DNA from: an uncultured Sphingomonas sp.
Lineage (GTDB): Bacteria > Pseudomonadota > Alphaproteobacteria > Sphingomonadales > Sphingomonadaceae
DNA length: 64,000 bases
NCBI GenBank assembly: GCA_913777475.1
Contig: CAJYRW010000087.1
Location: 5,904 to 69,903 of the forward strand
Direction of reading: 5' to 3'
Shown one piece after another: positions 50,010-58,894 of this stretch. Under the pieces are notes generated by a model. It worked only from the letters and a program-made list of their open reading frames with translations, had not been told where the DNA came from and made no database searches. A program made the position numbers and the translations under genes. Positions within the stretch are counted from its first letter, which is position 1. Each line of letters begins with the position of its first letter.

Positions 50010-50756
50010 ATGAAATGGCCGGGATTCGCGATAGCGCGCGCCGGGGCGATTCTGGAGGGAATCGTGCGCTGGGCCCTGCCGCCGCGCTGTCCCGGCTGTG
50101 CCGAACCGGTCGAGGCCGATCATCGCTTCTGCGCGCGGTGTTGGGGGCAGTTGCGTTTCCTGGATGATGGGGGCTGTGCGCGGTGCGGCATTCCGCTGGG
50201 CGGCGATTCGGTCGGTGAGCCTTGGTGCGGGCCGTGCATGGCCCGGCCGCCACGCCATGCGGGCATTTACGCCGCCGTCGCCTATGGCCCCATCGCCCGC
50301 GAATTGCCGATCCGGTTAAAGCATGGCGGGCGGATCGGCGTGGCCGAGACGATGGCCGGGCCGATGGCGCGGCGCTTGCCGTCGGGGGCGGACTTGTTGG
50401 TGCCCGTCCCGCTGCATCGCTGGCGCTTGTGGCGGCGCGGTTTCAACCAGGCGGTATTGCTGGGCGAGGGCGTTGCACGGCGGACGGGGGTGCCGATGGC
50501 GCGCGGCGCGCTGGAGCGGGTGAGGGCGACGCCGCTGCTGCGTGGCCTGTCGCCGCGACAGCGCCGCGCCGCCGTGACCACTGCCTTTCGCGTCGCCCAG
50601 CCCGAGCTGGTCAGGGGGCGGCACGTCGTGCTGGTCGATGACGTCTATACGACCGGCGCGACGGCGGGAGCGTGTGTGGCGGCCTTGTTGAGGGCGGGCG
50701 CGGCGTCGGTCGCGATCCTGTGCTGGGCGCGGGTCATCGAACGGTCCGACGATTGA
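50010..50756 (+). CDS. comF: ComF family protein
   Basis: Zinc-finger CxxC pairs, PVPLH..RGFNQ, LVDDVYTTGAT PRTase motif. Confidence 0.88.
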   Translation: MKWPGFAIARAGAILEGIVRWALPPRCPGCAEPVEADHRFCARCWGQLRFLDDGGCARCGIPLGGDSVGEPWCGPCMARPPRHAGIYAAVAYGPIARELPIRLKHGGRIGVAETMAGPMARRLPSGADLLVPVPLHRWRLWRRGFNQAVLLGEGVARRTGVPMARGALERVRATPLLRGLSPRQRRAAVTTAFRVAQPELVRGRHVVLVDDVYTTGATAGACVAALLRAGAASVAILCWARVIERSDD

Positions 50757-50787
50757 CAAGCGGGCGTACGCGCCACACCTGAGGGAG

Positions 50788-51045
50788 ATGGCAAAGGTCG
50801 AAATCTACACCAAGGCGTTCTGCCCCTATTGCACCCGGGCCAAGGCGCTGCTCGCTTCCAAGGGCGTCGAGCCCGAGGAATATGACATCACCATGGGCGG
50901 TCCCCAGCGCGCCGAGATGATCCAGCGCGCGAACGGGCGGACCACCGTGCCGCAGGTGTTTATCGACGGGGAGCATATCGGCGGTTCGGACGATCTGGCC
51001 GCGCTCGACAAGCGGGGAGGGCTCGACCCGCTGCTGTCGGCATGA
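50788..51045 (+). CDS. grxC: Glutaredoxin 3
   Basis: CPYC, TVPQVF, GGSDDL. Confidence 0.95.
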   Translation: MAKVEIYTKAFCPYCTRAKALLASKGVEPEEYDITMGGPQRAEMIQRANGRTTVPQVFIDGEHIGGSDDLAALDKRGGLDPLLSA

Positions 51046-51866
51046 CCGATATCGCGGTGCTGCAGATGACGGCGGGGATCGATCCCGCCGCCAATGCGGA
51101 CGTGCTGGAACGCGCCATCGTCGAGGCGAAGGCGCGCGGTGCCACAATGCTGTTCACGCCCGAAATGTCCGGGCTGATCGACCGCGACCGGACACGCGCG
51201 GCGACGCATCTCGTGGCCGAGGATCAGGACCCGGTGCTCGCCCGCGTTCGCGCGGCGGCGGCGGCCCATGGCCTGTGGGTGCATCTGGGCTCGCTGGCCG
51301 TGCGCGAAGGCGACGGGCGGCTCGCCAATCGCGGCTATGTCATCGATGATAGCGGCGCGATCCGTGTGCGGTATGACAAGATGCACCTGTTCGACGTCGA
51401 TCTGCCCAGCGGCGAAAGCTGGCGCGAGTCGGCATCCTATGTGCCGGGCGAACAGGCGGTCGTCGTCGATACGCCGGTCGGACGGTTGGGCCTGGCCATC
51501 TGCTATGATCTGCGTTTTCCGGCACTCTTTGCCGCGCTGACCGATGCGGGGGCGACGATCCTGTCGGTGCCCGCCGCCTTCACCCGGCCGACCGGCGCGG
51601 CGCACTGGCATATCCTGCTGCGCGCCCGGGCGATCGAGGCTGGGGTGCATCTGGTCGCCGCCGCGCAGACCGGCGAGCATCAGGACGGTCGCGCCACCTA
51701 TGGCCATTCGCTGGTCGTGGGACCATGGGGCGAGGTGCTGCTCGACATGGGCGAGGCGGCCGGGCTGGGCGTCGCGACGATCGACGCGGACCAAGTGGCG
51801 GCGGTGCGCGAACGCCTGCCCGCCCTTCGCCATCGCCGTGTCATTCCGCCGGTGGTGGTGGCATGA
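51042..51866 (+). CDS. Carbon-nitrogen hydrolase (Nit1-like)
   Basis: TPE, YDKMHLFDV, ICYDLRFP, RARAIE. Confidence 0.93.
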   Translation: MTDIAVLQMTAGIDPAANADVLERAIVEAKARGATMLFTPEMSGLIDRDRTRAATHLVAEDQDPVLARVRAAAAAHGLWVHLGSLAVREGDGRLANRGYVIDDSGAIRVRYDKMHLFDVDLPSGESWRESASYVPGEQAVVVDTPVGRLGLAICYDLRFPALFAALTDAGATILSVPAAFTRPTGAAHWHILLRARAIEAGVHLVAAAQTGEHQDGRATYGHSLVVGPWGEVLLDMGEAAGLGVATIDADQVAAVRERLPALRHRRVIPPVVVA

Positions 51867-52294
51867 TCGTCTTCGACCTGCGCTGCACGACCGGCCATGT
51901 GTTCGAGGCGTGGTTCGCCTCCTCCGCCGCCTATGCCGAACAGCGTGACGACGGGCAGGTGTCCTGTCCGCTGTGCGGCGACCGCCAGATCGAAAAGGCG
52001 GTCATGGCCCCGCAGATCCCCGCCAAGAGCAACAGCAAGCCCGACCTGCCCAACCCGCAGGCGGTGAAGGCGGTCATGGAGCAACTGGCGCAGGCCCAGG
52101 CCAAGATGCTGGAAAAGTCGACCTGGGTCGGCACCGCCTTTGCCGACAAAGCCCGCGCCATGCACGACGGCGATGCGCCCGTCGCGCCGATCCATGGTCA
52201 GGCGAGCCTGGCCGAGGCGAAGGCGCTGGTCGAAGAAGGGGTGCCCGTCGCCCCGCTTCCCTTTCCGGTGGTGCCGCCCAAGCTCGCCAATTGA
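51863..52294 (+). CDS. DUF1178 family protein
   Basis: MIVFDLRC..GHVFEAWF, CPLCG, FA..ARAMH. Confidence 0.9.
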   Translation: MIVFDLRCTTGHVFEAWFASSAAYAEQRDDGQVSCPLCGDRQIEKAVMAPQIPAKSNSKPDLPNPQAVKAVMEQLAQAQAKMLEKSTWVGTAFADKARAMHDGDAPVAPIHGQASLAEAKALVEEGVPVAPLPFPVVPPKLAN

Positions 52295-52351
52295 GGCCGC
52301 GAACCACTCTGGACCCCATGCCGCGTCCCGGTTATCACCGCCCCCGCATGG

Positions 52352-52428
52352 GGCCCCGTAGCTCAGCAGGATAGAGCATCAGATTCCTAATCTGAGGGCC
52401 ACTGGTTCGAATCCAGTCGGGGTCACCA
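52352..52428 (+). tRNA. tRNA-Arg (CCT)
   Basis: Acceptor stem GGCCCCG/CGGGGTC, anticodon arm tcaga-ttCCTaa-tctga, GGTTCGAATCC T-loop, encoded CCA. Confidence 0.97.
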
Positions 52429-52622
52429 TGTAACGCTTTGCGATCCGACTGATGGCAAGACTCACCGGAATTTTCCTGTCATTCCGCGCCATGGCGTCGA
52501 GCGGAACCAGCGCTCGAAGCGGTCAGTCATCACGTGCCAGACATGCGTGACCGGTGGGATGATGCGCCGTTCGGTCCCGAGTTCCAAGGTGGCATCCGCC
52601 AAGTCTTTCCAAGACAGCGACG

Positions 52623-53468
52623 TTATCCGACGTGCCCGATCACCGCACCGGCAAGGATCGCTTGCCCCTCGACCAGCGTGTCCGACAGCCGCATTCCCTT
52701 GGGCAGGAACAGTATGATCGTCGAGCCATGCTCGAACCAGCCCATCTCTTCACCCTTGCCGATCCGCGCCGAACAGGCAGTGCGGCCGGGGCCATGTTCG
52801 CGCAACGTCCGCTCGGTATCGAGGCAATGGAGTCGGATGCTCGCGACCAGGATCGCGGCGACAGGCACGATCAGCATCGGCTGACCCGACATCAGCACGC
52901 GCGCCTCGATCACCGCGCGCTCGTTGCGGCAGAAGAGCCGTTCGACCCGCTTCAGCGCGATCGGATTTACGTTCCAGCAGTCGCCGGAGACGTAGGTCAC
53001 GCCTTCCACCGCCAGGTCGGTGGGGGCGTGGAAACGGTGGTACATGCCCGCCGTCAGACGTAGCGTGACGAACGAGCCATCGCGATAGCGCTCGACCAGC
53101 GCGGCGTCGGGGATCAGGTCGCCGAGCCGATAGGGAAAGCCCTTCACCTGATAGAGCCGGTCCTCCTCGATCCGTCCATGCGCGCCGACCAGCGCGTCGC
53201 AGGGGGAGGCGATGCTGTCGGGATCGGCGTCGAACTCGCGCGCGCCGTCGCGAAGCGCGCGGACGAAGCCGTCGCGCAGGGATTTGAACCGTGTCGTCCG
53301 TGCATCCGACAGGTCGACGCCCGCAAAGAATTTCCAAAGCGCCAGGCTGGGTCGGGCGACCAGCGGATGCTCGATCCGGGCGATCCGGCCGACCAGTTTC
53401 GTCGCGAACCGACGCGGCAGGCGGTTGGTGACGAGGAAATTGATATCCTCGTTCAGGAAGAACCGCAT
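52623..53468 (-). CDS. psd: Phosphatidylserine decarboxylase family proenzyme
   Basis: SPCD, QVKG..Y, YHRFHAP, LFCRNER, HGST self-cleavage motif; start may be as far up as 53489. Confidence 0.85.
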   Translation of the reverse strand: MRFFLNEDINFLVTNRLPRRFATKLVGRIARIEHPLVARPSLALWKFFAGVDLSDARTTRFKSLRDGFVRALRDGAREFDADPDSIASPCDALVGAHGRIEEDRLYQVKGFPYRLGDLIPDAALVERYRDGSFVTLRLTAGMYHRFHAPTDLAVEGVTYVSGDCWNVNPIALKRVERLFCRNERAVIEARVLMSGQPMLIVPVAAILVASIRLHCLDTERTLREHGPGRTACSARIGKGEEMGWFEHGSTIILFLPKGMRLSDTLVEGQAILAGAVIGHVG

Positions 53469-53482
53469 GATGGGTCCACGCA

Positions 53483-53500
53483 TTGTCATGCCTCCGTCAT
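53483..53500 (+). promoter_or_regulatory. Pho-box-like site
   Basis: TTGTCAT-gcct-CCGTCAT (11-bp direct repeat), 21 nt before ATG 53522. Confidence 0.6.
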
Positions 53501-53521
53501 GGGTACGCGGTCAAAGGCCGC

Positions 53522-55198
53522 ATGAACCCGATTCTCACTGGCCTGCTGGCCGTTTCCGCCGGTGCGGTTGCCCTGACGAAAGGGCATCGCCGCCTGACCC
53601 TGTCGCGCGCCAAGCATCCGGGGCTGGGCGGCCATGTTCGCATGGCCAAGCGCATTGCCGGGCATATCCCTTTCTACACCTATGGCGAGGATCGCTTTTT
53701 CCGGGTCGATGATGCGCCCGACGCGATCGCCGACCAGCGGCGCATCGGGTTCGAGCGGCTGGGCGACCTGTTCGCGACGCGATTCGCGCAGACGCTGGCG
53801 CTGACCAAGGAAACGCGCAGCGGTCTGTCCGACCTGCAATTCACCGGCGCTTACCGCGTGCCGTTCCAGTTCCGCGAGAAAGTGCGCACGACGCTGGCGA
53901 CCGGCGCTTTCTATCAACGATCGGAAGGGCCGATCCTGGTCGATTTGGACGGCAACCGGCTGATCGACCTGACCGGCTCCTACGGCGTCAACCTGTTCGG
54001 CAACGACTTTTACAAGCAGACCATGGCCCACGGGGCGGCGATGGTCGCCGATCTGGGTGGCGTGCTGGGCTCGTTCCACCCGGTCGTCGCCGACAATGTC
54101 CGTCGCCTGACCGCGCTGTCCAGCATGGACGAGGTGTCGTTCCATATGTCGGGCACCGAGGCGGTGATGCAGGCGGTGCGGCTGGCGCGCTATCACACCA
54201 AGCGTCCGCGCCTGGTGCGGTTCGCGGGGGCCTATCATGGCTGGTGGGGCGATGTGCAGCCCGGCATCGGCAATCCCGTTCCCGCCGATCGCACGCTGAC
54301 GCTGGCCGACATGTCGGAAAAGACGCTGAAGGTGCTGGCGACGCGCAAGGATATCGCTTGTGTGCTGGTCAATCCGCTCCAGGCCATGCACCCCAATGGT
54401 TCGGCGCCCTCGGATGGCCAACTGGTCGATGGTGGGCGCAAGGCGGGGGCCGATCTGGCCGCCTATCGCGAATGGCTGCACAAGCTGGCCGAGACCTGCC
54501 GGGCAAACGGCATCGTCCTGATCTTCGACGAGGTGTTCATGGGCTTCCGCCTGGCAAAAGGGGGGATGCCGGAATATTTCGGGGTGAAGCCCGACCTCAT
54601 CACCTATGGCAAGACGCTGGGCGGCGGTCTGCCGGTCGGCGTACTGTGCGGCCCGGCGCATCTGATGAAGCGGTGGCGCGAGGATCGCCCCGTCGACATC
54701 TGCTTTGCGCGCGGGACCTTCAATTCGCACCCCATGGTGATGGGAGCGATGAACGCCTTTCTCCGGCGGCTGGAGACGCCCGAGGTGGCGGCGCTCTACG
54801 ACGGGCTCGACGCGCGCTGGAATACGCGCGCCGCGATGTTCAATGCGCGGATGGCGGAGGCGGGACTGCCGCTGTCGGTCGCGCATGTCCAGACGATCTG
54901 GACCATCCTCTATTCGGTCGCCTCGCCCTATAACTGGATGCTGCAATATTATCTCCGGGCGGAAGGTCTGGCGTTGAGCTGGGTCGGGACCGGGCGGCTG
55001 ATCTTCAGCCTCGACATCGACGACACCCTGTTCGCCGAGATTTGCGACCGCTTCGTTGCAGCGGGACAACAGATGCGTGACGATGGCTGGTGGTGGACTT
55101 CGCCGGGGGCACCGCAGGACCTGAAGGCGGCGAACAAAGCGATCCGGCGGCGGATTTTGAAGGAGTCGCTGGCGGTTCGGTTGGGGCGGGGAGGGTAA
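53522..55198 (+). CDS. Class III PLP aminotransferase (GSAM-like) with hydrophobic N-terminus and long extension
   Basis: SGTEAVM.A.RLAR, GAYHG, LIFDEV, TYGKTLGGGLP, GTFN. Confidence 0.88.
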   Translation: MNPILTGLLAVSAGAVALTKGHRRLTLSRAKHPGLGGHVRMAKRIAGHIPFYTYGEDRFFRVDDAPDAIADQRRIGFERLGDLFATRFAQTLALTKETRSGLSDLQFTGAYRVPFQFREKVRTTLATGAFYQRSEGPILVDLDGNRLIDLTGSYGVNLFGNDFYKQTMAHGAAMVADLGGVLGSFHPVVADNVRRLTALSSMDEVSFHMSGTEAVMQAVRLARYHTKRPRLVRFAGAYHGWWGDVQPGIGNPVPADRTLTLADMSEKTLKVLATRKDIACVLVNPLQAMHPNGSAPSDGQLVDGGRKAGADLAAYREWLHKLAETCRANGIVLIFDEVFMGFRLAKGGMPEYFGVKPDLITYGKTLGGGLPVGVLCGPAHLMKRWREDRPVDICFARGTFNSHPMVMGAMNAFLRRLETPEVAALYDGLDARWNTRAAMFNARMAEAGLPLSVAHVQTIWTILYSVASPYNWMLQYYLRAEGLALSWVGTGRLIFSLDIDDTLFAEICDRFVAAGQQMRDDGWWWTSPGAPQDLKAANKAIRRRILKESLAVRLGRGG

Positions 55199-55217
55199 GC
55201 CTTTCCCGCTTCTTAAG

Positions 55218-55239
55218 CCCCTCCCGCTTGCGGGAGGGG
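55218..55239. repeat. Single REP-like palindrome, same family as at 34100
   Basis: CCCCTCCCGC-TT-GCGGGAGGGG; a second hairpin lies at 55273-55299. Confidence 0.75.
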
Positions 55240-55325
55240 AGCGGCCAGGCGAGAGGTCGGGGCACAAAAATGGGCGGCGGTTCTTGTCGAACCGCCGCCC
55301 TGTCCGTCAAACCGAAAGCCGCGCG

Positions 55326-55949
55326 TTACGCCGCCTTCAAATCCTCGAAATCATCGACGTCATGATGATCCATCCGCTCGCCCTTCATCAGGCGGCGCGG
55401 CGCGCTCTTGTACATCTTGAAGTCGTTGAACGGGTCGGTGACGATCTTGGTCGCCCAGACGAGGCCCGTTTCCAGATCGCGCGCGACCCAGAGCTGCATC
55501 ACGCGCACGATGATCGCGCTGATGCCCAGGCCCAGCCAGCCGATGCCGACATGCCGCAGATAGCCCATGAAGCCGTCCGGATATTCCAGCGTGCCGAACA
55601 GCGTCGGCTGGACCAGCAGGACCACCGGGATCGCGCCCCAGATGCCCATCAGCACATATTTGCGGGCGAGGTTATAGCCGACCTTGATCTCTTCCTTATG
55701 CTCATGCGTTGCCTTGTTCACATGGTCATAGCCCTTGGGCTCGAAGAAGAAATGCCCGGCCTGGCGGCTGGTCATCGCCACGCCCCAAGCAAGCAGGCTG
55801 GCGACCGCCGGGTCGATGAACAGCAGGACATAGGCGGTCAGGAAGGTGCAGGCGCTGACGAAGTGCAGGCTCTGATTGACCAGGCTGTGATGATAATAGC
55901 GATGATCGTCCCACCGCTGTTCGGCGAGCTGCGCGCGAAAACCAGTCAT
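55326..55949 (-). CDS. His-rich membrane protein (Mpo1/DUF962-like)
   Basis: DHRYYHHSLVNQSLH and QAGHFFFE motifs, about 4 TM segments. Confidence 0.65.
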   Translation of the reverse strand: MTGFRAQLAEQRWDDHRYYHHSLVNQSLHFVSACTFLTAYVLLFIDPAVASLLAWGVAMTSRQAGHFFFEPKGYDHVNKATHEHKEEIKVGYNLARKYVLMGIWGAIPVVLLVQPTLFGTLEYPDGFMGYLRHVGIGWLGLGISAIIVRVMQLWVARDLETGLVWATKIVTDPFNDFKMYKSAPRRLMKGERMDHHDVDDFEDLKAA

Positions 55950-56611
55950 TGGACATGTCCTTGGGCGGAAGGCTGGCGCTTGGCGAAGCGGACCAGCGAG
56001 AAATGGCCGAGCGGGGGCAGGGGGCGGCTTTCGACCAGCTCGACATCGCCGCGCGTCGCCGCCCAGTCGGTATAGCGCTCGAACGGGAAGTCGGTGCGGA
56101 AGCCCAAGCGGCTGGTGATCGGCATCAGGGTTTTTTCGATCCGGCCGCGAAGCCCGTCGCCCGCGCCGACGCGCGTGGTGATGACGATCTCGCCGCCGGG
56201 ACGACAGATACGCGCGAACTCGTCCAACGCCTTTTCCGGGTTGGGCACGGCGGTGATGACATATTGCGCGACGACCACGTCGAAGCTGTTGTCGGCGAAT
56301 TGCAGCGCCTCGGCATCGCCGTACGCGATCTGCTCGACATGGGTCAGCTTGCCGTTGCGCACCCGTTCGCGCGCCTTGTCCAGCATCGGCTCGGACAGGT
56401 CGACGCCGACGATACGGTTCGCCCGCGAATATTGGGGCAGCGAAATGCCGGTGCCGACCCCCACCTCTATGATGCGGCCGCCGATGCGTTCGGCGGCGAC
56501 GATGGCGGCGGAGCGACCCTTTTTGAAAACGGGGCCGAAGACCAGATCATAGACAGGCGACCAGCGATCATAGGCCTTGGTGACGCTGGCGGTACTCATC
56601 TGCGTTGCCAT
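55946..56611 (-). CDS. Phospholipid N-methyltransferase-like protein (Rhodobacter PmtA type)
   Basis: AYDRWSPVYD.VFG, EVGVGTGISL, FDVVVAQYV, PLGHFSL; ATGA-coupled to the downstream gene. Confidence 0.82.
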   Translation of the reverse strand: MATQMSTASVTKAYDRWSPVYDLVFGPVFKKGRSAAIVAAERIGGRIIEVGVGTGISLPQYSRANRIVGVDLSEPMLDKARERVRNGKLTHVEQIAYGDAEALQFADNSFDVVVAQYVITAVPNPEKALDEFARICRPGGEIVITTRVGAGDGLRGRIEKTLMPITSRLGFRTDFPFERYTDWAATRGDVELVESRPLPPLGHFSLVRFAKRQPSAQGHVQ

Positions 56612-56661
56612 CGAAGGGGCATCCCGTTGAACGACGATGCGACCCCTGTTCGCAGCAGGCG

Positions 56662-56679
56662 GTGACAGTTTCACGACAA
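56662..56679 (-). promoter_or_regulatory. Pho-box-like site
   Basis: Minus strand TTGTCGT-gaaa-CTGTCAC, 50 nt before the methyltransferase ATG. Confidence 0.6.
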
Positions 56680-57080
56680 ATGACGCGGAATGTGCGAGAT
56701 TTTCGCAATAGCGCCATCAATATGTCATAGATCGTGCATGAATTTGTCGTATCGTGGAGATAGTGGTTATTCTGGATATCCCCGCCTGAAAAAGATCTGG
56801 GAGCCCGTATGGTGCATGATTTGTAAGATGCGCTAATCCATCAACTTGCAGAAGTGTCTATCGATCCTGAAGATTCTGCAGATGGGCCGGGTATTTCACT
56901 GCGATGAGGTTGTGCGTTCCGATGCCGGTCCGCATGGGCCCGGGGCAGGCGCGCAATGCTAAGGCGTCGTGCGCCGGGATGGTGGAAATTTCCCGGACTA
57001 TTGGCGCTGTATGCCATAATGCGGCAGAATCTGCGACAGCGGAATTTTCTAAGTAATTGGAAATGAACGAATCTAGTGTG

Positions 57081-57096
57081 TGGCACGGGTAATGCA
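57081..57096 (+). promoter_or_regulatory. Sigma54 -24/-12 promoter
   Basis: TGGCACG-ggta-ATGCA with exact GG-N10-GC spacing and an AT-rich tract upstream. Confidence 0.62.
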
Positions 57097-57140
57097 GTAA
57101 CTCACATGCCGGGGTGATCCGGCGCCAGGGAGTTACCACC

Positions 57141-57398
57141 ATGTTGCTGACGTTGCTGCTGACATCGGCCTTAGCCGCCCCCTCGCCGGTCCGGGACGCG
57201 CCGCCGACCACCGTTACGCTCGATACCGTGGCGGTCGTCAGCCGCTCCGGCGCGGCCCCCGCCGCCTCGACCCCCACCCGCTACTGCATCGTCGAGGCTC
57301 TGACCGGAACGCGCATCCGCACCAAGGTCTGCCACACGGCGGACGAATGGATCGCCAGCGAAGGCGAAGTCCCGACCGGCCGCATCACGCGCCGCTGA
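57141..57398 (+). CDS. Small secreted Cys-pair protein
   Basis: GGGAG RBS, signal peptide (ALA-A), RYC-x14-CHTADEW. Confidence 0.78.
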   Translation: MLLTLLLTSALAAPSPVRDAPPTTVTLDTVAVVSRSGAAPAASTPTRYCIVEALTGTRIRTKVCHTADEWIASEGEVPTGRITRR

Positions 57399-57432
57399 TC
57401 CCCCGTCCTTTTACGCCTTTCGGAGAATTGCC

Positions 57433-57693
57433 ATGATGTTCGCTCTGCTCGCCGCTGCTGCTGCCCTGTCCACGCCGTTGCCGCGTGACGAGGTCGTCAA
57501 GCCCGCCGCTACCCCCGCCGCGCCCTCCGCCGAGGTGTCTGCGCTGCCGGCCGCGCCCGATCCCAAGACGACCCGCTATTGCTTCCTGAACGTCGAGGAA
57601 GACCACATCATGCGCGGCAAGGTCTGCAAGACGCGCGCGCAGTGGCGCTGGCAGGGGATCGACCCGCTGAACTATATCGGCCGCAACAAGTGA
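57433..57693 (+). CDS. Small secreted Cys-pair protein (paralog)
   Basis: GGAG RBS, signal peptide, RYC-x14-CKTRAQW. Confidence 0.78.
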   Translation: MMFALLAAAAALSTPLPRDEVVKPAATPAAPSAEVSALPAAPDPKTTRYCFLNVEEDHIMRGKVCKTRAQWRWQGIDPLNYIGRNK

Positions 57694-57742
57694 GGAAAAA
57701 GGGTGGGGGCCGCACCCGCAGGGCGGCCCCGCCCGCCGCGCG

Positions 57743-58894
57743 TCAGGTCAGATCGCGCGAATAGACGTTATAGGTCTTGTTGACGTCGCTTTTGATCGTT
57801 TCGGCGATCGAGCGCATCCCCTGATTGTCGTCGAGAATCCAGCCGATCTCGCCGCGCGACGCGCCATAATGCTCGACCGAGGCGCGGCGGATATATTCGA
57901 TCATCATGAAGGCCAGCTGGCTGGCCATGCGCGAGGACTGGAGTTCCTTCACCACGCCCATCAGCGGCACGCGCATCGTGCGCACCTTTGGACGGCGCAG
58001 CCACAGTAGCAGCTTGGCCCAGCCGAAGGGCAGCAGATTGCCCTTGAGCGGCTTGATTGCCTCGTTAAGGTCGGGCAGCGTGATCATGAACGCCACCGGC
58101 TTGCCGTCCAGCTCGGCAATGCGGATCAGGTCGTTGAACACGATGGGCTTCAGCTTGACGCCGACATCCTTGATCTCGGGCGGGGTGAGCGGGATGAAGC
58201 CCCAGTTATCCGACCACGCATCGTTCAGGATGCTCAGGATGATCGCGGCCTCTTCCTCGAACTTGGCCTTGTTCACCTCGCGCACGCGGATGCGCTCGTT
58301 CTTCTCGCCCGACTTGATGATGCGTTGAACGATCGGCGGAAACTCCTGCGTGATGTCCAGCTCATAGGTGAAGAGCTGCTTGATGACGCCGTAGCCCGCG
58401 CCCTCGATCCAGCCCTGATATTCCGGCCGCGCATGGCCCATCATGATGGTGGGGTCCTGGTCGAACCCCTGGACCAGCAGGCCCGGCTCTTCCCAGATCG
58501 ATTGCGAGATGGGCCCGATCGCCCGCGTCATGCCCTGGTCGCGCAGCCAGCCCTCGGCCGCAGCGAGCAGCGCCCGGAACACGTCCTGGTTCACCGCATC
58601 CATCAGGCCCCAGAAGCCGACGCCCGGCCCGAAGCCCTTGGAGGGCTCCATCTCCAGCGCCAGCGTGTCGAGATGCGCCGAGATGCGCCCGACGATCTTG
58701 CCATTCTCCTCCGCCAGGAACAGCTGCGCCCTGGCATGGCTGTACCAGCCATTCTTCTCCGGCGTCAGCAGGCCCAGCGCCTCGCCCTTCAGCGGCGGAA
58801 CCCAGTGCGGATCGTCGGCGTACAGGCGGAAGGGGAAGTCGACGAACGCCTTGCGGTCGCTTTTCGACGAGATGGGGCGAATGGTGACGGTCAT
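57743..58894 (-). CDS. bcerS: GNAT-fold protein, probable bacterial ceramide synthase (bCerS/YghO-like)
   Basis: DPHWVPPL, VGRISA, EEPGLLVQGF, MMGH, AWSDNWGF.P, LPDLN, EIGWILDDN; adjacent to a desaturase and lptFG. Confidence 0.72.
   Translation of the reverse strand: MTVTIRPISSKSDRKAFVDFPFRLYADDPHWVPPLKGEALGLLTPEKNGWYSHARAQLFLAEENGKIVGRISAHLDTLALEMEPSKGFGPGVGFWGLMDAVNQDVFRALLAAAEGWLRDQGMTRAIGPISQSIWEEPGLLVQGFDQDPTIMMGHARPEYQGWIEGAGYGVIKQLFTYELDITQEFPPIVQRIIKSGEKNERIRVREVNKAKFEEEAAIILSILNDAWSDNWGFIPLTPPEIKDVGVKLKPIVFNDLIRIAELDGKPVAFMITLPDLNEAIKPLKGNLLPFGWAKLLLWLRRPKVRTMRVPLMGVVKELQSSRMASQLAFMMIEYIRRASVEHYGASRGEIGWILDDNQGMRSIAETIKSDVNKTYNVYSRDLT

Noticed and set aside
53486-55267. Long antisense ORFs (also 28953-30542, 36686-38293, 38950-40842, 41668-43350)
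   Set aside because: Shadow frames of real genes caused by high GC3; no recognisable motifs.
56809-56961. Tiny plus-strand ORFs (MVHDL; MGRVFHC..AQC)
   Set aside because: Poor codon bias, no terminator, and an RBS only for the 5-codon ORF.
52352-57700. Genomic island integrated at tRNA-Arg
   Set aside because: No integrase and no duplicated tRNA 3' end seen downstream; the genes have host-like codon bias.
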